Origin: a virus
Lineage: Duplodnaviria; Caudoviricetes
Strand: one strand, 5' to 3'
DNA length: 64,000 bases
IMG/VR virus record: IMGVR_UViG_3300031993_000053
Location: 1-64,000 of that record
Under the pieces are notes generated by a model. It saw only the letters and a program-made list of their open reading frames with translations. It was not told where the DNA came from and made no database searches. A program made the translations under genes and the position numbers. Below, piece after piece: positions 63,901 to 64,000 of this stretch. Each line of letters opens with the position of its first letter. Within the stretch, counting starts at the first letter, position 1.

Positions 63901-64000
63901 AAAAAGTGGTTTTAAAATATTACCAAAAAACCATTCAATAATTTGGTTCATTGCAAGAAGGTTAGTTTCAATGTTTTCAGGCATATATACATCTCGACCA
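63883..64000 (-). CDS. tail assembly chaperone (G-type), partial at window edge
   Basis: read manually: GRDVYMPENIETNLLAMNQIIEWFFGNILKPLFQESSK*. Confidence 0.6.
   Translation of the reverse strand, partial: GRDVYMPENIETNLLAMNQIIEWFFGNILKPLFQESSK

Noticed and set aside
1-64000. Lysogeny module or prophage boundaries
   Set aside because: No integrase, repressor, att-like repeat or host genes were recognised, so lifestyle cannot be called from this window.

Overview
This is a 64 kb slice of an AT-rich tailed phage with a contractile (myovirus-type) tail, probably infecting a low-GC Bacillota/Bacilli host. It uses the standard genetic code, with TAA, TAG and TGA all acting as stops. No integrase, repressor, reverse transcriptase or CRISPR array is visible; portal and endolysin were not recognised and may lie outside the window. 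Layout: (1) 1-3.8 kb, SNF2 helicase, HNH and VRR-NUC; (2) 3.8-5.3 kb, two reverse genes; (3) 5.3-6.1 kb, a repeat-rich non-coding region (origin or pac candidate); (4) 6.1-19.4 kb, an array of small, modular accessory genes with a tRNA(CAU) and a structured RNA; (5) 19.5-34.8 kb, replication, nucleotide metabolism and packaging (SF3 helicase, TerS-like, PD-(D/E)XK nuclease, Sak4-like ATPase, SSB-like, prim-pol, thymidylate-synthase-like, dUTPase-like, GIY-YIG, PolB, TerL); (6) 34.8-64 kb on the minus strand, the virion module. Top finding: the PolB gene is interrupted inside catalytic motif A by a 22-nt insert with matched Val codons (GTG...GTT) and a UUCG hairpin, directly downstream of a GIY-YIG homing endonuclease. 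This resembles the T4 gene 60 ribosomal bypass / mobA cassette. Other strong leads: a ThyA homologue with Asp at the dUMP/dCMP-specificity Asn position (possible cytosine-modification pathway); head-module polyproteins punctuated by a recurring [VIT]-K-D-[SAE] motif (possible protease-released injected cargo); a phage-specific AACGGCTT-N20/21-TAWAAT promoter class; an initiator-like tRNA with an altered anticodon stem; several candidate ncRNAs; and a circularly permuted ASCH domain. All family assignments come from motif recognition by eye, without database searches.
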